Positions 34,511 through 48,800 of a DNA stretch of 64,000 bases are shown piece by piece; positions within the stretch are counted from its first letter, which is position 1, and each line of letters starts with the position of its first letter. The stretch spans positions 3,095,812-3,159,811 of the forward strand of contig NC_092675.1 in the NCBI RefSeq assembly GCF_964355755.1. Reading direction: 5' to 3'. The DNA comes from Antedon mediterranea (Eukaryota; Animalia; Echinodermata). Made by a program: the position numbers and the translations under genes. The notes beneath the pieces were generated by a model. That model was not told the DNA's origin. It did not search any database and was given only the letters and a program-made list of their open reading frames with translations.

Positions 34511-37500
34511 CAGATGACGTTGCAAAAGCCTGAAACTGATCTATCGCTAACAGGTTTGTCGCCCTCAATTAAAAAAAAAAGTCTACACACGTATACTTCT
34601 GCTGATAGTCAAGTTTAGTACATTAATCCAACCTTGTTTGATCTCGACGTACTCCATGACCCTATTTTGGGAATTTTATCGACCCAAGATTGCGTATTTG
34701 ATCTTACCGATACATTTTCAGTATCGGAAATAATTTCGCGACCCATCAGTTTTTTTTTCGCGACTCAAACATTGGGTCTCGACCCATAGTTTGCGGGACG
34801 GTGCATTAATCAATAAAGCAAAGAATATTATTTATGGATCTTCTTGATTGTATATTCTATATATGGGATTGGGAATCACATTAATTTTTTTCTCGGAAAT
34901 GTATAGTTGTTATAAGTCACGCATAACAGTATAATTTTGAATTTCTGTTAGAACTATACGAAGAGATAATCCCGGCAATTAATAATAGGAAAACACAATA
35001 ATTTCTACTTAAAATCTAATTAGGTCTGTCAAGTCACTAAACGTGGGCGAACTACTTTACCGGCAAATAATACACATTTTTTTGTGTATTCAATGATGAC
35101 TTGTAAATAAAGGGTTAGTTTGGAGAGACAGTTTTAGGAGCCAGTGGCCACTCACCAATCACACTCAAAGTAAGATAATTCCTTTATAAGTGATATTTCT
35201 TTTCGTACAAAAGTTGGGGCCCGTTCATGAAACGTCACAAAATAAACATGGATATTCATTAGTCATCCATAAGGTCTTCCCGAGCGCCACAAAAGATTGA
35301 TTTTTTAAGTGCCTTCTAATATATTGTTTATATTGTATTTGTTATTAATTCAAAGGCATATTCTGACAAAAATGCCGTGGATATAATCAACTTTGAAAAG
35401 AAAGGTCGAGGCACTATATAAATTCTGCTCGTCTTTTTAAGTTAACTGGCGCCCTCTTTGCACACAAATCTCTAAACTTTTTAAGGCACTATTCAACATG
35501 CATAGGCCTACAGTTACTTACTTGTTACTTGTTTGCATATAGCTATCCCCATTGTTGGGGACATTTCGCCGTCATTGGCATTATGTTGACATAGCATAAC
35601 AATGATAGACATTAATTTTGATGAGGTCATGGAATACTAATAAATTTTAAAACAACTATTTCTAAAGACGTTTTTAAAACATTCAAAGTGTGTGCCAATA
35701 TCATATCACAAGCCTTAAAATAAGGGACGTATTTGAGAGAGACAGAATTAAAAATGAAATTAAACGATATCTACAAGCGAGACGGCATGCAGCAATTTAT
35801 TTTAATTTGACTGTATTTAAATTTCATCAATTTAACTCGATTTGAACTCGTCACTTGGGTTATCCGCGCAAACGCAACATGCATTAAATTATGTGTACAG
35901 TGCTGAATTTTACCTATTTTGTGTCATAAAGTATAACAGTATTTACGGAATACACTGTATATGTTATATACAGTGTAGCATAGATTACTGTACCAGATTT
36001 GTACTCTGTGATATTATTATTGACATACCTTTTTCATAAAGAATAAAATTATGTCTCCGGGATCCATCGTCTTCAGACGTACGGTACGGTACTCTTACGC
36101 GAAGTGCATTCCGTCCAGTAGCTCCAGTCCTGGGTCAGAGACGTAGATGAGTCGGCGCTTATAATATTGTTCACAGAACGAACTCATGAAGAATCAGCGC
36201 AATATGCATATCCAGGAGCAGTCTCCGGGAACTTGGGCAAATCTTTAATTTAATTAGAGGTTATTATTCGGACCGAAGGTGTTGAACAGACAAGCATGCA
36301 ACATTTTATCACGATATAATAATAAGATGTTAGCATTAATCAATCAGACTTATATAGCGCCGGTATCCATAAAAATAATGTTTAAATGCGCTTGACAAAA
36401 TTAAATAGGAAATGTTTCTGTGTAGGCCTATAGTGGGTTTTCAGTCGTATTTTGAAGGTGTTGACGTTTTCCATTACCACTGCCAAAAGGAAATCTTTAT
36501 TGAGATTTGTAGTACAGTATATTCTAACCAGCACTGTTTGCTGTGTTACCGTACGGTACCTCATCCAGTTGTGTAAACTTGTACACTTGATTTGTTTTTC
36601 CCCTTGCAGGCGCCACGAGTAGTTTGTATCTCTTTATATTACATAGCCTATGTAAATACGTGAACGTGATTGGTTGAAACTGCATCACATGACTACCTCT
36701 GCGAGGATCGTAAATCGTATATATCCTCGAGAACGATGATATTGACGGAGTAATTTTCGCGTAATTATCGTGTCCCCTGTCATTAAACATATAAAATTGA
36801 GCAAATTCTCGAGTACGATGATATTGACAATGTTCGTGTGGCAACACTCGAGTTTGTCGATAAATATATATTCCCTCGAACATAATATCATTCTCTCGGG
36901 GATGTCAAATCTTTTATTTAACCTCTAAGCAGTCAATATCTGTATAATAATGGATTTATAAAAAATTACCATATTGGTGCTAACCCAATGCATACACACA
37001 GTGAGATGTGTTTAGTTTATATTCTCTGCAGTGTCACTGTGTACGTCTTGGGGCAAGAGGTTGCGTTTCTCAAATGCAGAAAAGTTCAAAGCTTGCATTA
37101 AGTACATTAATTAAATTATTAAAAGATATTAAAATTAAATTGAGAAAGTTGTATATTGTATTATTATTAGATAATAATACAATTGAATTGATGAGCCCAC
37201 TAGCATAGTACTGGTTACATCTGTGTATACTTGGTTGCCGTAATAATTGAGGGGTAAATTTGCTTTATAGCCTTTCTCATCATCCTCTCAGTATATTATA
37301 TTCATTTCTGGGAATATGTTTTCTTCCAATTGTGATTTATTTATTGTTTACAATTTTATTGTCTTTTTTTACTGCCCGTTTAATTTCGAACTAATTAATT
37401 GAATCTACTAGGGAGCCCAATCATCATCGGTATTAGGTCTTTCATAAAAACCGACGCCTTTTTAATTGTACTGTAGGCCTACAATCTATGCTTTAAAATG

Positions 37501-38140
37501 CTTTTAGTGTCTCTAGTGGGAAAGGGTTCAGTCTCTCATGATTTTGTATTCGTCATTCTTGTTATTTGAAAAAAAAAAAGTGGAGAAATAAAATGTAAAA
37601 ATGTAAATGCTATTTGTTTTTTCAACATTTAATTTCAAGTCCACGCGCATTATGCATTTTGTTGTTGATCAAAATAATATACCCCGCTGCTGCAACGGAA
37701 GGAGAGGATAGGAAGAACATATTGAAATATGCATTTGCATTTATTACACATATTTATATTCAGACGTATTTCTCATTAGATTTAATCGCGTTCATTGCTA
37801 CTTCGGCTATAAGCTGGTTAACGTATATGTTTAATGAACATGACGTTTTTTCTTCTCGTCGTAGGCGTTCGTTTCTCCCAATGCAAACTAATAATGCATC
37901 TGTTATTTCTGCTAAATATGCCAATTTACATTCTGCTTTTGTAATAAGTTATTATTCATGACAGATATAATGATTTGTTTAAATATTGTTCACTTTTCTG
38001 TTCACTGCTCCATCGTTTAAAACATACCGGTTGATTGAAGTTACATAAACAATAGGCCAACATAATACATTCACTAGATACCAGCAAACTTTCGAGTTTA
38101 AGATTGAGGCATTTGATGAATACGAAAACTGCCTTAAAAT

Positions 38141-38183
38141 GTCTTGACATGTTTCGAGAAACTATTCTCATCATCAGACAAAT
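38141..38183 (-). ncRNA. Minimal type I hammerhead ribozyme motif (Penelope-like pLTR remnant)
   Basis: CUGAUGA-U-GAGAA-UAGU-UUCUC-GAA-ACAUGU-C; stem I weak (bulged). Confidence 0.7.
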
Positions 38184-38859
38184 CAACGCCTTATGAGTAC
38201 TTATACTGTATAATTAGACAGGGTGTATTTAAACGAGGCAGTAGTTAGCATCATAAAAAAAAACAAGGAACGCGAACAATCATAATACATTCATGTTTTT
38301 AAGACCCGGATCCGACAAGTGCTTAGCCCATTTGATGTCTTAAAATAGTATACGAACACAGCATATCGGAACTTAAAAATGTATGTCCGGATTCGGTTGG
38401 TTTGGCAGCTTATTTTTAAATTTAACAATCCGTTTATGGCCTATAAAGCTTTGTCTACACTATAAAAAAAGTTTGACAACAACATTGTGATACGTATACC
38501 CAAATATGGTAGTGATACGACATCATTATGTCCATATATGGGCACATCACATTTTTTGTCACATAAAGTTTGATAGTGTAGACGAAGCTTAAAGAACAAC
38601 TTCACCAGATATAACTCCATGTTCTTTTAAATCGACATTGCTGCACATTCAAACTGTGTATGAAAACTAAATAAAGTTCTGATAAACTTCCGTACCAAAT
38701 CCTTATCTCAAATCAAAATCAAACTATAATATTTTATACAAAATGATGGTGTTTTCTTTGACGTATGCCTAGCATCATATCTTCCTGTGGTTGTGTGTGA
38801 GGTTTCTGTATTTCACCCTAACACACAGACACAGAAAGCTAAGCTGCTAAGATGTTCAT

Positions 38860-39415
38860 ACTTGACAGGATCGGCTCACTCAGGTTCAAATCTTATCCTC
38901 AACGTTACTGAATAATATACACAATAACTTGACAGGATTACTCTGGTTCAAATTTTATCCTCAATGTTACTGAATATAAACAATAACTTGACAGGATCGG
39001 CTCACTCGGGTTCAAATCTTATCCTCAACGTTACTGAATATAAACAATAACTTGACAGGATCGGCTCACTCTGGTTCAAATCTTATCCTCAACGTTACTG
39101 AATATAAACAATAACTTGACAGGATCGGCTAACTCTGGTTCAAATCTTATCCTCAACGTTACTGAATATAAACAATAACTTGACAGGATCGGCTCACTCT
39201 GGTTCAAATCTTATCCTCAACGTTACTGAATATACACAATAACTTGACAGGATCACTCTGGTTCAAATCTTATCCTCAACGTTACTGAATATACACAATA
39301 ACTTGACAGGATCACTCTGGTTCAAATCTTATCCTCAACGTTACTGAATATCAACAATAACTTGACAGGATCGGCTCACTCTGGTTCGAATCTTATCCTC
39401 AACGTTACTGAATAT
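38860..39415. repeat. Minisatellite, ~64/59-bp unit x ~9
   Basis: ACTTGACAGGATCGGCTCACTCTGGTTCAAATCTTATCCTCAACGTTACTGAATATAAACAATA repeated head to tail. Confidence 0.95.
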
Positions 39416-40569
39416 TTCCACATGACAGAATTTCCAATGAATACATTTAACATCCGACATCGATTGTAAGTTTGATTATTTCCTTTAGTAGATGATGGAA
39501 AAAATGCATGGATTTCACACATGTATAAACACGCATCCACAGAAAAGAAACATCTTCTTTGTAACTTAACTTTTAGAAAACCATTACTTACTGTAGGCAT
39601 AGGACGGAAGGGTTGTGTTTGAAGTAACGGTGGTATAGGGAATCGTGAATCTTGGATGGATGGCCCTTCGACGGGTGGTCTTGGGAAGGGTGATCCTCTC
39701 ACTGGACTGAGTGACCATAGGACGATGCTGGTCTTGGAAATGGTGAAACTTTGAATCGGTAATATTGGGGACAGAGGCCTAACTCTATGACGGTGGTCTT
39801 GGAAAGGACCTGTCAATTGTTAGTATAAGGGAGAGCAAGAGCATGGAGCAATAATAAATTACTCCGTGGGGAGAGTGACCCTTGTACGGTTGTCTTGGGA
39901 AGAACGAGTGGGCGAAAGGACCCTTCGATATTGGTCTTGGAATTGTGACCGTCGGATTGGAAGAGGAGGGGGAAGGTAAAGAGAATCTCGGATTGGTAAG
40001 GGAAAAGAAAAGGAGGAACTATTGTATTAAAGGAAATAGAAAATTCCAAACATAAAAAGACTAGCAGGAACAAATCATATCGCTATCAGATACAGTGTAA
40101 ATACAACTAAAACAGCTTTTTTTAAAACACGATATAATCCGGTTGTTGTACATATCAAACAGCTGAACTCGACTGTTATGAATCGGAAAGCACAGGCATT
40201 ATATATAAACTGCTGAATATTGACGTCATCAGTAGTAACAGGTCACTGACAACAGATATGAAGGTCACGATTCTTTGATTTAACACATGTGGCATTAGCA
40301 ATACACACTCATCCAACACTCTAGTGAACTTGCCAGTAGGTTATATACAGTAAACTAACGTCAAGGTAAAAACATCCAGGGAAAACCACGTCCACGCAGT
40401 TCACTAATAAAAAGGATAACAATCGTACGATGAGGAAATGGCTATTAAATATTGTTGCTGTACTATTGTACTTATTTATATATTCTGATTTACAAAGGGT
40501 TACTGACATTAAAAGCACAGATAGAATATTGAATTTCTTGCCAGATAACAATCTCTTGGCAATCACTCA

Positions 40570-40940
40570 CTTATTCAATATGTTTAAGTAATAAAGACAT
40601 TTCTGCAAAATTGCCAGATATTAATGTTTTGCCCATATTTTTTCTTGATAAAAAAAACACTTCCTTATTACAACTATTATGTAACACTTGGTGATTCAAC
40701 ATGTTTTAGTTATAAAGACATTTCTGCAAAATTGGCAAATAAATGTTTTGCCCATATTTTTTTCTTGATAAAAAAAAAAAACACTTCCTTATTACAACTA
40801 TTATGTAACACTTGGTGATTCAATATGTTTAAGTTATAAAGACATTTCTGCAAAATTGGCAAATAAATGTTTTGCCCATATTTTTTTCTTGATAAAAAAA
40901 AACACTTCCTTATTACAACTATTATGTAACACTTAGTGAT
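40570..40940. repeat. Tandem repeat, ~122-bp unit x3
   Basis: TAAAGACATTTCTGCAAAATTG...CACTTCCTTATTACAACTATTATGTAACACTT repeated three times. Confidence 0.9.
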
Positions 40941-42719
40941 TATTTTTCCTTCAACATACATTATTTGCAACATGAAATGTCTTTGACTTTGTCATTTCAG
41001 TGACTCAAGATGTACTAACGTAAATTCAAACATGAGTCATGTAAGGTGATTGAAATTACATAGAAACATTAAAATGTAAAAGATGCATCATAACGGTTAA
41101 CAAGCATTTGTGTGTTTTTTTTTATTTTCCTAAGCTATAAAAAATGAATGACTTTGTTAATGAGATTAGGTAATACAATGGGGAGAGTAAATTTCAATCT
41201 ATGAAAATACGTTTTTTTACAATTTTTTTTTTACCATATTTAATGAGGATGATCCATCCAGCAATTGCTGATCATTAGGGAACCTCAGATGTTCACAAGA
41301 CAAACATATACACAAGATGCTCTACATAAAAAAAGTCTTTGAGAGTGGAGTTGTAATTTTTTCCTTAGAAAAAATCCTGACATGTGACGGGACTTAAACC
41401 CAGGACCCTTGGAGTTGTAGCCAAGCATCATAATCACCAAGCCACAATTCCACTCATAATAACAATATAAGGTATGCTACGACAGAAAGGGTTGTTTAGG
41501 TGAAATGAAAAATCTCCATTTTAAAATATAAGTTCAGCAACCTATACATTTAATAAGTTGTTGCTAACACTACTCCCTGAATCCTCTGCTCTGCTATTTA
41601 AAACTCACCTCAGACATGTTCCTTGGCTACCAAAATCAATGAATTAAGATTGTAAATTCATTAATAACATAGAAATGACAATTTCTCTAGCTTTCTGTTT
41701 GGAAGACATCCAAATTACCTCATTATATTACACAGTTAAAACAAAGGCCCAAATATAGAAAACAAGGAAGTACTAGGATTAAATCAATTGATCACTTTTA
41801 CTTTTTCATTTGTTGTGGTTTGTAATCTAACCTAGAACACCGTATATGGATAAACAGATAATCTCCCACGGGGTGTTTCTTAATCATGAGGACACTGATG
41901 CACGATTTATATTTAATTATTTGAATAACAATTAAAATAAATTACAAATTAATAATGATAATCAATAATTTAGAATATTCTGAAATTCAGAGAGCCTTCA
42001 GGAGCGCCCAGATTCGGTGCAGTGGCCAGAAAAACGGTGGGATATGCATTGACACACTTTACCCATTTTCAAGTTTACCAGAGGATGTACTTACGATTCA
42101 CACTTAGGCTAAAGTCACTAATGCTTGGTTTCAACTAGAGACGCAACACAAGGACGTAACACAACGTAACACGCTTGCGTTGCGTTTACATCGCAATGGG
42201 AACCCAGCTTTATCTTAAAAGAAAAATATCCTATCCAAGTGAATACAATAAGGGAAATATTTATTGAGTTAAGTGTGATTGATGAATACGGCCACTGACC
42301 ACTAGACTGCGATTGGGGTTTAGTGTGTGAATGAAGCTTATGCAAAATACTAATAAACTCAATTAAATATAGTATGTATGAACACACATTTGCTACTGCA
42401 CCAGTAGATTAAAAAGTTATGCAAAGTATTTGTTACCATTTCCCTATGCTTTTCCTATTCAAAGTGTTCCTGGTCTATTACAAGTCAAAGTATGATTCCA
42501 ACCTCAGTATGTCCGCAGTAAAGTAGTATCCTAAAGCCATTGTTACAACTGTATGTTTATCATACAATATTCATCCTTTTCTTCAGAAAAATTAATGCAA
42601 ATTTATTTCAATAAACATATTGGTAAATGTTACATCATCGTCATCACTAATGTCAACAGCAGAGACTGTAACATTCCATTCTCGCAATCTGTTGTCATAG
42701 TAACACTGGCCATCACACA

Positions 42720-42827
42720 TCACAATCTCCTTGCCTTTCGTGGCCGACAGCCGCCATGCGGTACCGGCGTGTTGTCGGTGATTGAGATAATTTCCAAGCC
42801 AGCCATTTGCAGACCTTTGATGGATGC
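42720..42827 (-). CDS. MRPS11: MRPS11 last coding exon
   Basis: [38 protein letters not shown]; AATAAA at ~42602-42607 (minus). Confidence 0.95.
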   Translation of the reverse strand, partial: ASIKGLQMAGLEIISITDNTPVPHGGCRPRKARRL

Positions 42828-45800
42828 CTAGACAAAAATAAAAAATTTTAATTGATAACAATAATATAGATTTAAAAACAAAAATAAAGTAAACACTGGT
42901 TGTAGAAAGAAGAAGAAAACTGCAAATTATCAGCAATTTTTTCGGCAACATAAGCAAATAAATATAACTACTACCGTATAAATACAATCTTGTCAAAATT
43001 AATTGATAAATTAAGACAGAGGCCACAGTAATAGGTCAAAGTTCATTGTCTGTTGGTTAGTTTGTACAAATCTTATTAATGGTTGGTATAGTCCTGAGGA
43101 ACCTGTTTTGCAAGCTCAGTATCTGGCCCAGGGGCTACTCAGAAAACTGTAATATCTCTAAAAAAAATCCATCTTAAAAAAGTCCAAAAGTTTGGTTCTC
43201 CCTTGCATGCAACGTAGGCGCATTAAAATGAGTTGATCAATAACAAACGACAGTTTGGATGGTCGCCATCGCATCATGATTGGTCAAAAAATCATTTGTG
43301 GTACATTCCTTAAGAGATTTTCAAGTACACATATTACCAGTTTGTGGTCCATGGGGCTTTTGTATTATTATTGTATTATGTAATTATGTATATTAGTTAA
43401 AGAGCTTTGTATCTGTAATGCTGTATATACATTTGAATACAAACTAAAGAATTAATGAAATGAATGAATAAATTGCGTCCAAGTGGAACCCACTCTTGAT
43501 GCTATAAAAGTATTTAAGCGAATGTTTAAATCACGCAGCCATAACATCGGCAGGGTTCGAGGCTCACTCACTCCATGGTTCTGGTGGTAGAACGAGTCTT
43601 CTCGGATAAGGACTATAAACCGTAGGTCCAGTGTACACAACTTGCTCGTGTGCACTTTAAAGAACCTAGTACATCTTTCGAGATGAGTAGGGGGTTACCC
43701 CGGTGTATTAGTACATCACAGCCACTGATCACCAACTGGGCCCTCTGGGAGATCAGTCTTTGACTGAAGAGGTTACCCAGTATAAAGATAAAACAAACAA
43801 ACAAAATCCATTCGGTTCCAGATAATAGACAATTAATAAACAACGGTAGTATTGTTTTCTTTTTATTAATAGATGCAAAAACAACAATTCCAAGAAAGGA
43901 GCAGCCTCAACATATGGAATATACAGGAACAATGATGACTGTTATGATATAATCAAAACATCAATAAAATGACTAACACACATCACATTAGTATGATAAA
44001 ACTTGTAGTGGGTGTGTATGATTCAATGCAAGTCATAGATGTACTGTATACCTAACCTGCTTAATTTTTAATGACCTTCATCATCAGCAAACCAGAGATG
44101 ATAGAGTAGATTAAACGGTCATTATTGATAAAATAATCCAATTTAGTAGTTTAGTTTAGTTTATCTACCGTATGTTATATAATAAAAATCAAACAACTTA
44201 AAAGTGCCTCAATATAAACATGTCATTTTAATAAATATTATATTTATTTATATATATTATTAACTTGCTTGATTTTGATTTTTTCTTTTACCCCGCCTAT
44301 GCAGCTCTTTGATTTAAATGTTGTATAATATTTACTTCGATATAAAAAACTTTTAGGCACTTGAGATAATATATCTCTTGGAATATGTATAAATCCAAAG
44401 GCAAATTACTGAAAAAATGACAATGCTGTGGGTATCAGTGGCTGGATCTCAATGAAGATACAAAAAAAAAGCAAAAAAAAAAGCTAAATCAAAACGATAA
44501 GTAAAACAGCCAGAAAAGTTAGCAGAGCTTTCGGGCAACACTAGCCCTTCATCAGTGCAAGTGGAATATGTATATACAGTATATAAAACATAGTTAATAT
44601 ATCAAAAAAGAGATTTTGAGATCTTAATTTTTTCTTTTTATTTTACTCCTCACCACCATCCACTTTTAAAATTAAATAAATCTACAATAGATGAATCTAA
44701 ATGTCCAGATATTTTCAAGAAAGCATATTTTTAAAAAGTAAAAAATATAAGATGGTTGTGTTTTTAAGTATATATACTGTACAAACTACTCATTTTTAGT
44801 CAGATGTCGGACAGGTACTACTACTGTAATAATAGGTAATAGTAAAAATGATCTTTTCCGTAATTCAAGATATACTGTATGATATTATAGTAGGCCTAAT
44901 ATGCGCTCACCGACATTTTAAGTTTTATCGTTGTTCAAGATAATTGAAGTGGTAATTTTCATTAATAGCCACTGAATTAACATGTTTACATTACTGATAG
45001 GATAGTACTTGTAACACTGTACAATACATTGAACAGGCCTACTTTAGTATGTGCTACCACAGTATCAGTGACAGCACTGTAAGTCGTATACCATGCCTTT
45101 GGGCCTGTTTCTCTACTGTGTGGAAATAACTGGAAAGTAATTTTCTTGGAAATAAACAGAAATTCCAAATAAGTACAGTAGTTTAAAATGGTATTTACAA
45201 AGTATTACTGGTACTGTACGATGACATTAATTAAATATTAAATATTGTTCAATCTAGTAGATCAAGAATAGCAAATCGACCAAATACTGGGGTTATTTAG
45301 ACAAATGCACAAACTAATCTTTTGTAAATAAATTTACCATATGAAAGTTTACTATAATGGTTCAGTTTTCAGGCGTCGAGTTCAACTTATTTTCTTATTA
45401 AACAGTTTTTAATCAAAACTTTGTCATTAAGATCGGAAGAAATTAATGACCTTCCTGTTTCTAAGTTGTGTTATCATATATTTAGGATTAGTTTGTTTCT
45501 GTACAGTATACTATATTTCACAAATGTGATAGCTCCCTCTATTTAGAAAGAGTTTAAAAGGTGAAAGATATGTTACAAATTCATAGTGGTATCTTAAAGG
45601 CCCTATGGATAACACTCAACAATGTCTGGTATGAGAAGGAAAACTTTCTGTTTTGAAAAGAATGTACTAAGCAAGGATAACACAAAAGGTTACAAACTTT
45701 TAAAGTAGATATGATAATCTTCATCAAAATACATAAGCATTTAAAGTACCAAATGCTATTGACAAGAAATCCCAAATATTTCCAATATTTTGACAGATAA

Positions 45801-48800
45801 AATATTTTATATACAGTACTTAAATAAAAACTAGATGTTGTATTATTTGGACAGTGGAATAGGCTTGCCTTGAGACACTACAACTACAAGTTGCATAACA
45901 GATTTTTCATTTGGAAAATAAAAGCGAAAGAAACTTACTTAAGCAAACACTTTAGGTTCTAGCCTGACAAGTGTCCTAGGTTCTAGCCTGACAAGTGTCC
46001 TAGGTTCTAGCCTGACAAGTGTCCTAGGTTCTAGCCTGACAAGTGTCCTAGGTTCTAGCCTGACAAGTGTCCTAGGTTCTAGCCTGACAAGTGTCCTAGG
46101 TTCTAGCCTGACAAGTGTCCTAGGTTCTAGCCTGACACGTGTCCTAAACACTATTGCATTCCTTGAATTTTCGCTTCTGTGAAATAGGTAGTTCGACTAG
46201 TTTCAATTTTTTGTGAAGTGAAAAAATATGGAACCAATCAAAGATCAAGAAATGAGTTGTCACACGTACACACAAGCATTAATGCCAATTGAAAAACTCA
46301 TGTTTTTCTATTAAGGCTTTTTCATGTAGTATTATGACTAACTTAAATAAAGTAACTAAAAGTCTTAATAAAAATGTTTTTCTTTGAAGTTAAAGTTATA
46401 AAATTGTTCTTATGTTATTGCAATCCATAAAAGAATATTATGTATTTTTAATGCAAAAAAAAAAAGAGAACAATATGAATACAAAGAACAATGTCACGGA
46501 AAAATAAGCTCATTCTATGGTACCAGCAAAAAAAAAAATAAAAAAAATTCTTTGTTAAGATCAGAACTTTCTCATTCTTAGAAAAGTGTAAATGAGTTGC
46601 TTATCTCAAGGGCTTAAAAGGCCAGAATGACTATCAAATGCTGACCACATATGAATGAATTTGTTAGCTAAACTGCAGTCATCTGTGTAGTGTGGTCATA
46701 GAACAGGCGTCAATAATATTTACATGAAAACCACTAAAGCTAATTCACATCAGCCGGATTTGGGTATTAAATTTAAGTGAAGTGCACACAACTAACATGT
46801 AACAAAGAACTTGGCATATAGCAACTCTAGAGTTTGTAACAGAATCAACAATAAAATCAAATAACTACTGTACTACACAAGTACTGTAGGCCTATAGTAT
46901 TAAAAATAAAATGAACCTTTTCAAAAAGAGCATTAGTTTCAAGAAGGAGGAAGTGTAGTGAGAACCAACAATACGATTGAAAATAAAATTTAATTTACTA
47001 TGGACTAGTAGAGAGTTATTTTCTTGAATTTCGTAGTCTGAAACGCGCAATATTGCTTTTGAAAAACAGGGCCAGTTAATTCTAATAAGGACCACCATCA
47101 ATTAATTCCTACTGGCCCTGCTGGCACACATTTTCAGCCCTGCAATTAATTATAGTATTAATTAAAACAAATAATATAATTTATAATCAGAGGAATAGAT
47201 ATCAAAATATTTGTATGGCAAAATACAAAATAAAAACATGCTAGACTTTTCCATATATTAACTAATCATATCATTATTTTCTGCATATTTCTGTCCTATG
47301 GTCTTTTTTATGTTTAACAATTTACAAATAATGAATTGTTTTCAAAAACCTATTTCTAAACTTGGTTGTCATTCATATTATTTTGAGATCATGTTGCAGG
47401 TAAAATATTGTTTCACATAAATTGTTAAAAAAAAGTTTTGATGATTGAGAATTTAAAAAGGAATCAATTGGGGTTTTTGTAAATCATTTTTTAGACGGTT
47501 TTTTTTTGTCAACAATTCTGTCACATTAGAAACACTCTAATCTAACTTACCGTAATCTAAAATCTAGCTCTCAATGAAAAACCAAACATTTAAGAATTAT
47601 TTTAAGGCCTGTTTCTGCTGCATAAAAATAACCGGTTAAAATCGGTGTGAATAAATTAACTCCATTTTCTTGGCAGCAGAAACAGGACAAATTTGTGGTA
47701 ACCGGTTAAAAGGCAGCGCAAAATAACCAGTTAAGAACACCCATTCAATTCGGTGTTAGAACGCCATTTAACCGGTTATCGCTGGGCAACAAATTTGCGT
47801 TATGCAGCAGAAACAGAACTTGAGTTCCTCTATAACATTTACCTGTCGACCAGGACCAATTCCTTTCACTATCACTCGCACCATTTTCACTCCCTTATCC
47901 AATGCTTTCTGTGGAATAAACAGAAGGAAAGATATTACATAATAAGGTTCATTATATAAAAAAAAACCCGACTTCCTGTTCAAAACAAATCCACCAATCA
48001 AAGTTTAGTTATCATACTGGAAATAGAATGATCCAATCACATTCTTTGATATAAATCGTTGTGTTGATTCATCCACTGGTTTGCAACACAGATGGAAGCT
48101 CTCAACATTTTTTTTTCATTTCTCTGATGAAACACTAGCGACAAAGAAATTACTGTATCTTTTTGAATAAAAGAAATTACCTTGGATTAGATATTTCCTG
48201 TAAAGGTAATTAGAGTTTGAACTTCTGCTTTGGGAATGAAAATAGTAAATAATGCTCTTTGTGTTTTTCACAGAGAAGGAAAATAATAAAGAATTGAATA
48301 TCTTTGAATGCTGTTCCTCAAGCTCTGTCTACTACACTATCTTGACAAAAAATTGTGATGTGCCTAAACATGATAGTGATATGCCCAAATATGGTGTTAA
48401 TATGATATATCATGTCTATATATGGGAACATCAAGTTTAATAGTGTAGACAGAGCTTAAGACCAAAACAAGTATGTAACGAAACGCAAGTATAGTTGACC
48501 AATCAAGTGATGGATTATTCAAACTGTCGCTTGTCATTGGTCAACAAACTTGTCAAATCTCTACAACCACAGAGTCTATCCGTTTGTTTAATTCTTTAAC
48601 AACTATGTTGAGTAATTTCTAAACTACTTTTTACACATTCAGTAAAATTTCTTGCTGTATTTTACTGCATATCTATTTTTGTCTCATTGTTCCATAACTT
48701 TTTTATTTTTAATGTTTATGGTCAATTCTAAACGGAATCTTTTTTTTTATGACCGAAATTGGTAAACAAAGCGACTTTGTGATGGTACTCTGCAATCAGT

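Noticed and set aside
36045-36082. Third hammerhead (CTGAAGA...GAGA)
   Set aside because: GAAA core mutated and stems II/III do not form
38860-39415. CRISPR-like array
   Set aside because: Head-to-tail units with no unique spacers, no cas genes, eukaryotic context; it is a minisatellite
42640-42722. SECIS-like hairpin after the MRPS11 TGA (ATGAC...TGAC)
   Set aside because: The G-A quartet register conflicts with the CAACAG/CTGTTG helix, and the protein ends at the conserved RPRKARRL terminus
42592-43026. 144-aa ORF
   Set aside because: Intron plus the wrong frame of the last MRPS11 exon
45939-46151. Repetitive ORF (VRLEPRTL)n
   Set aside because: Translation of a 24-bp intronic tandem repeat
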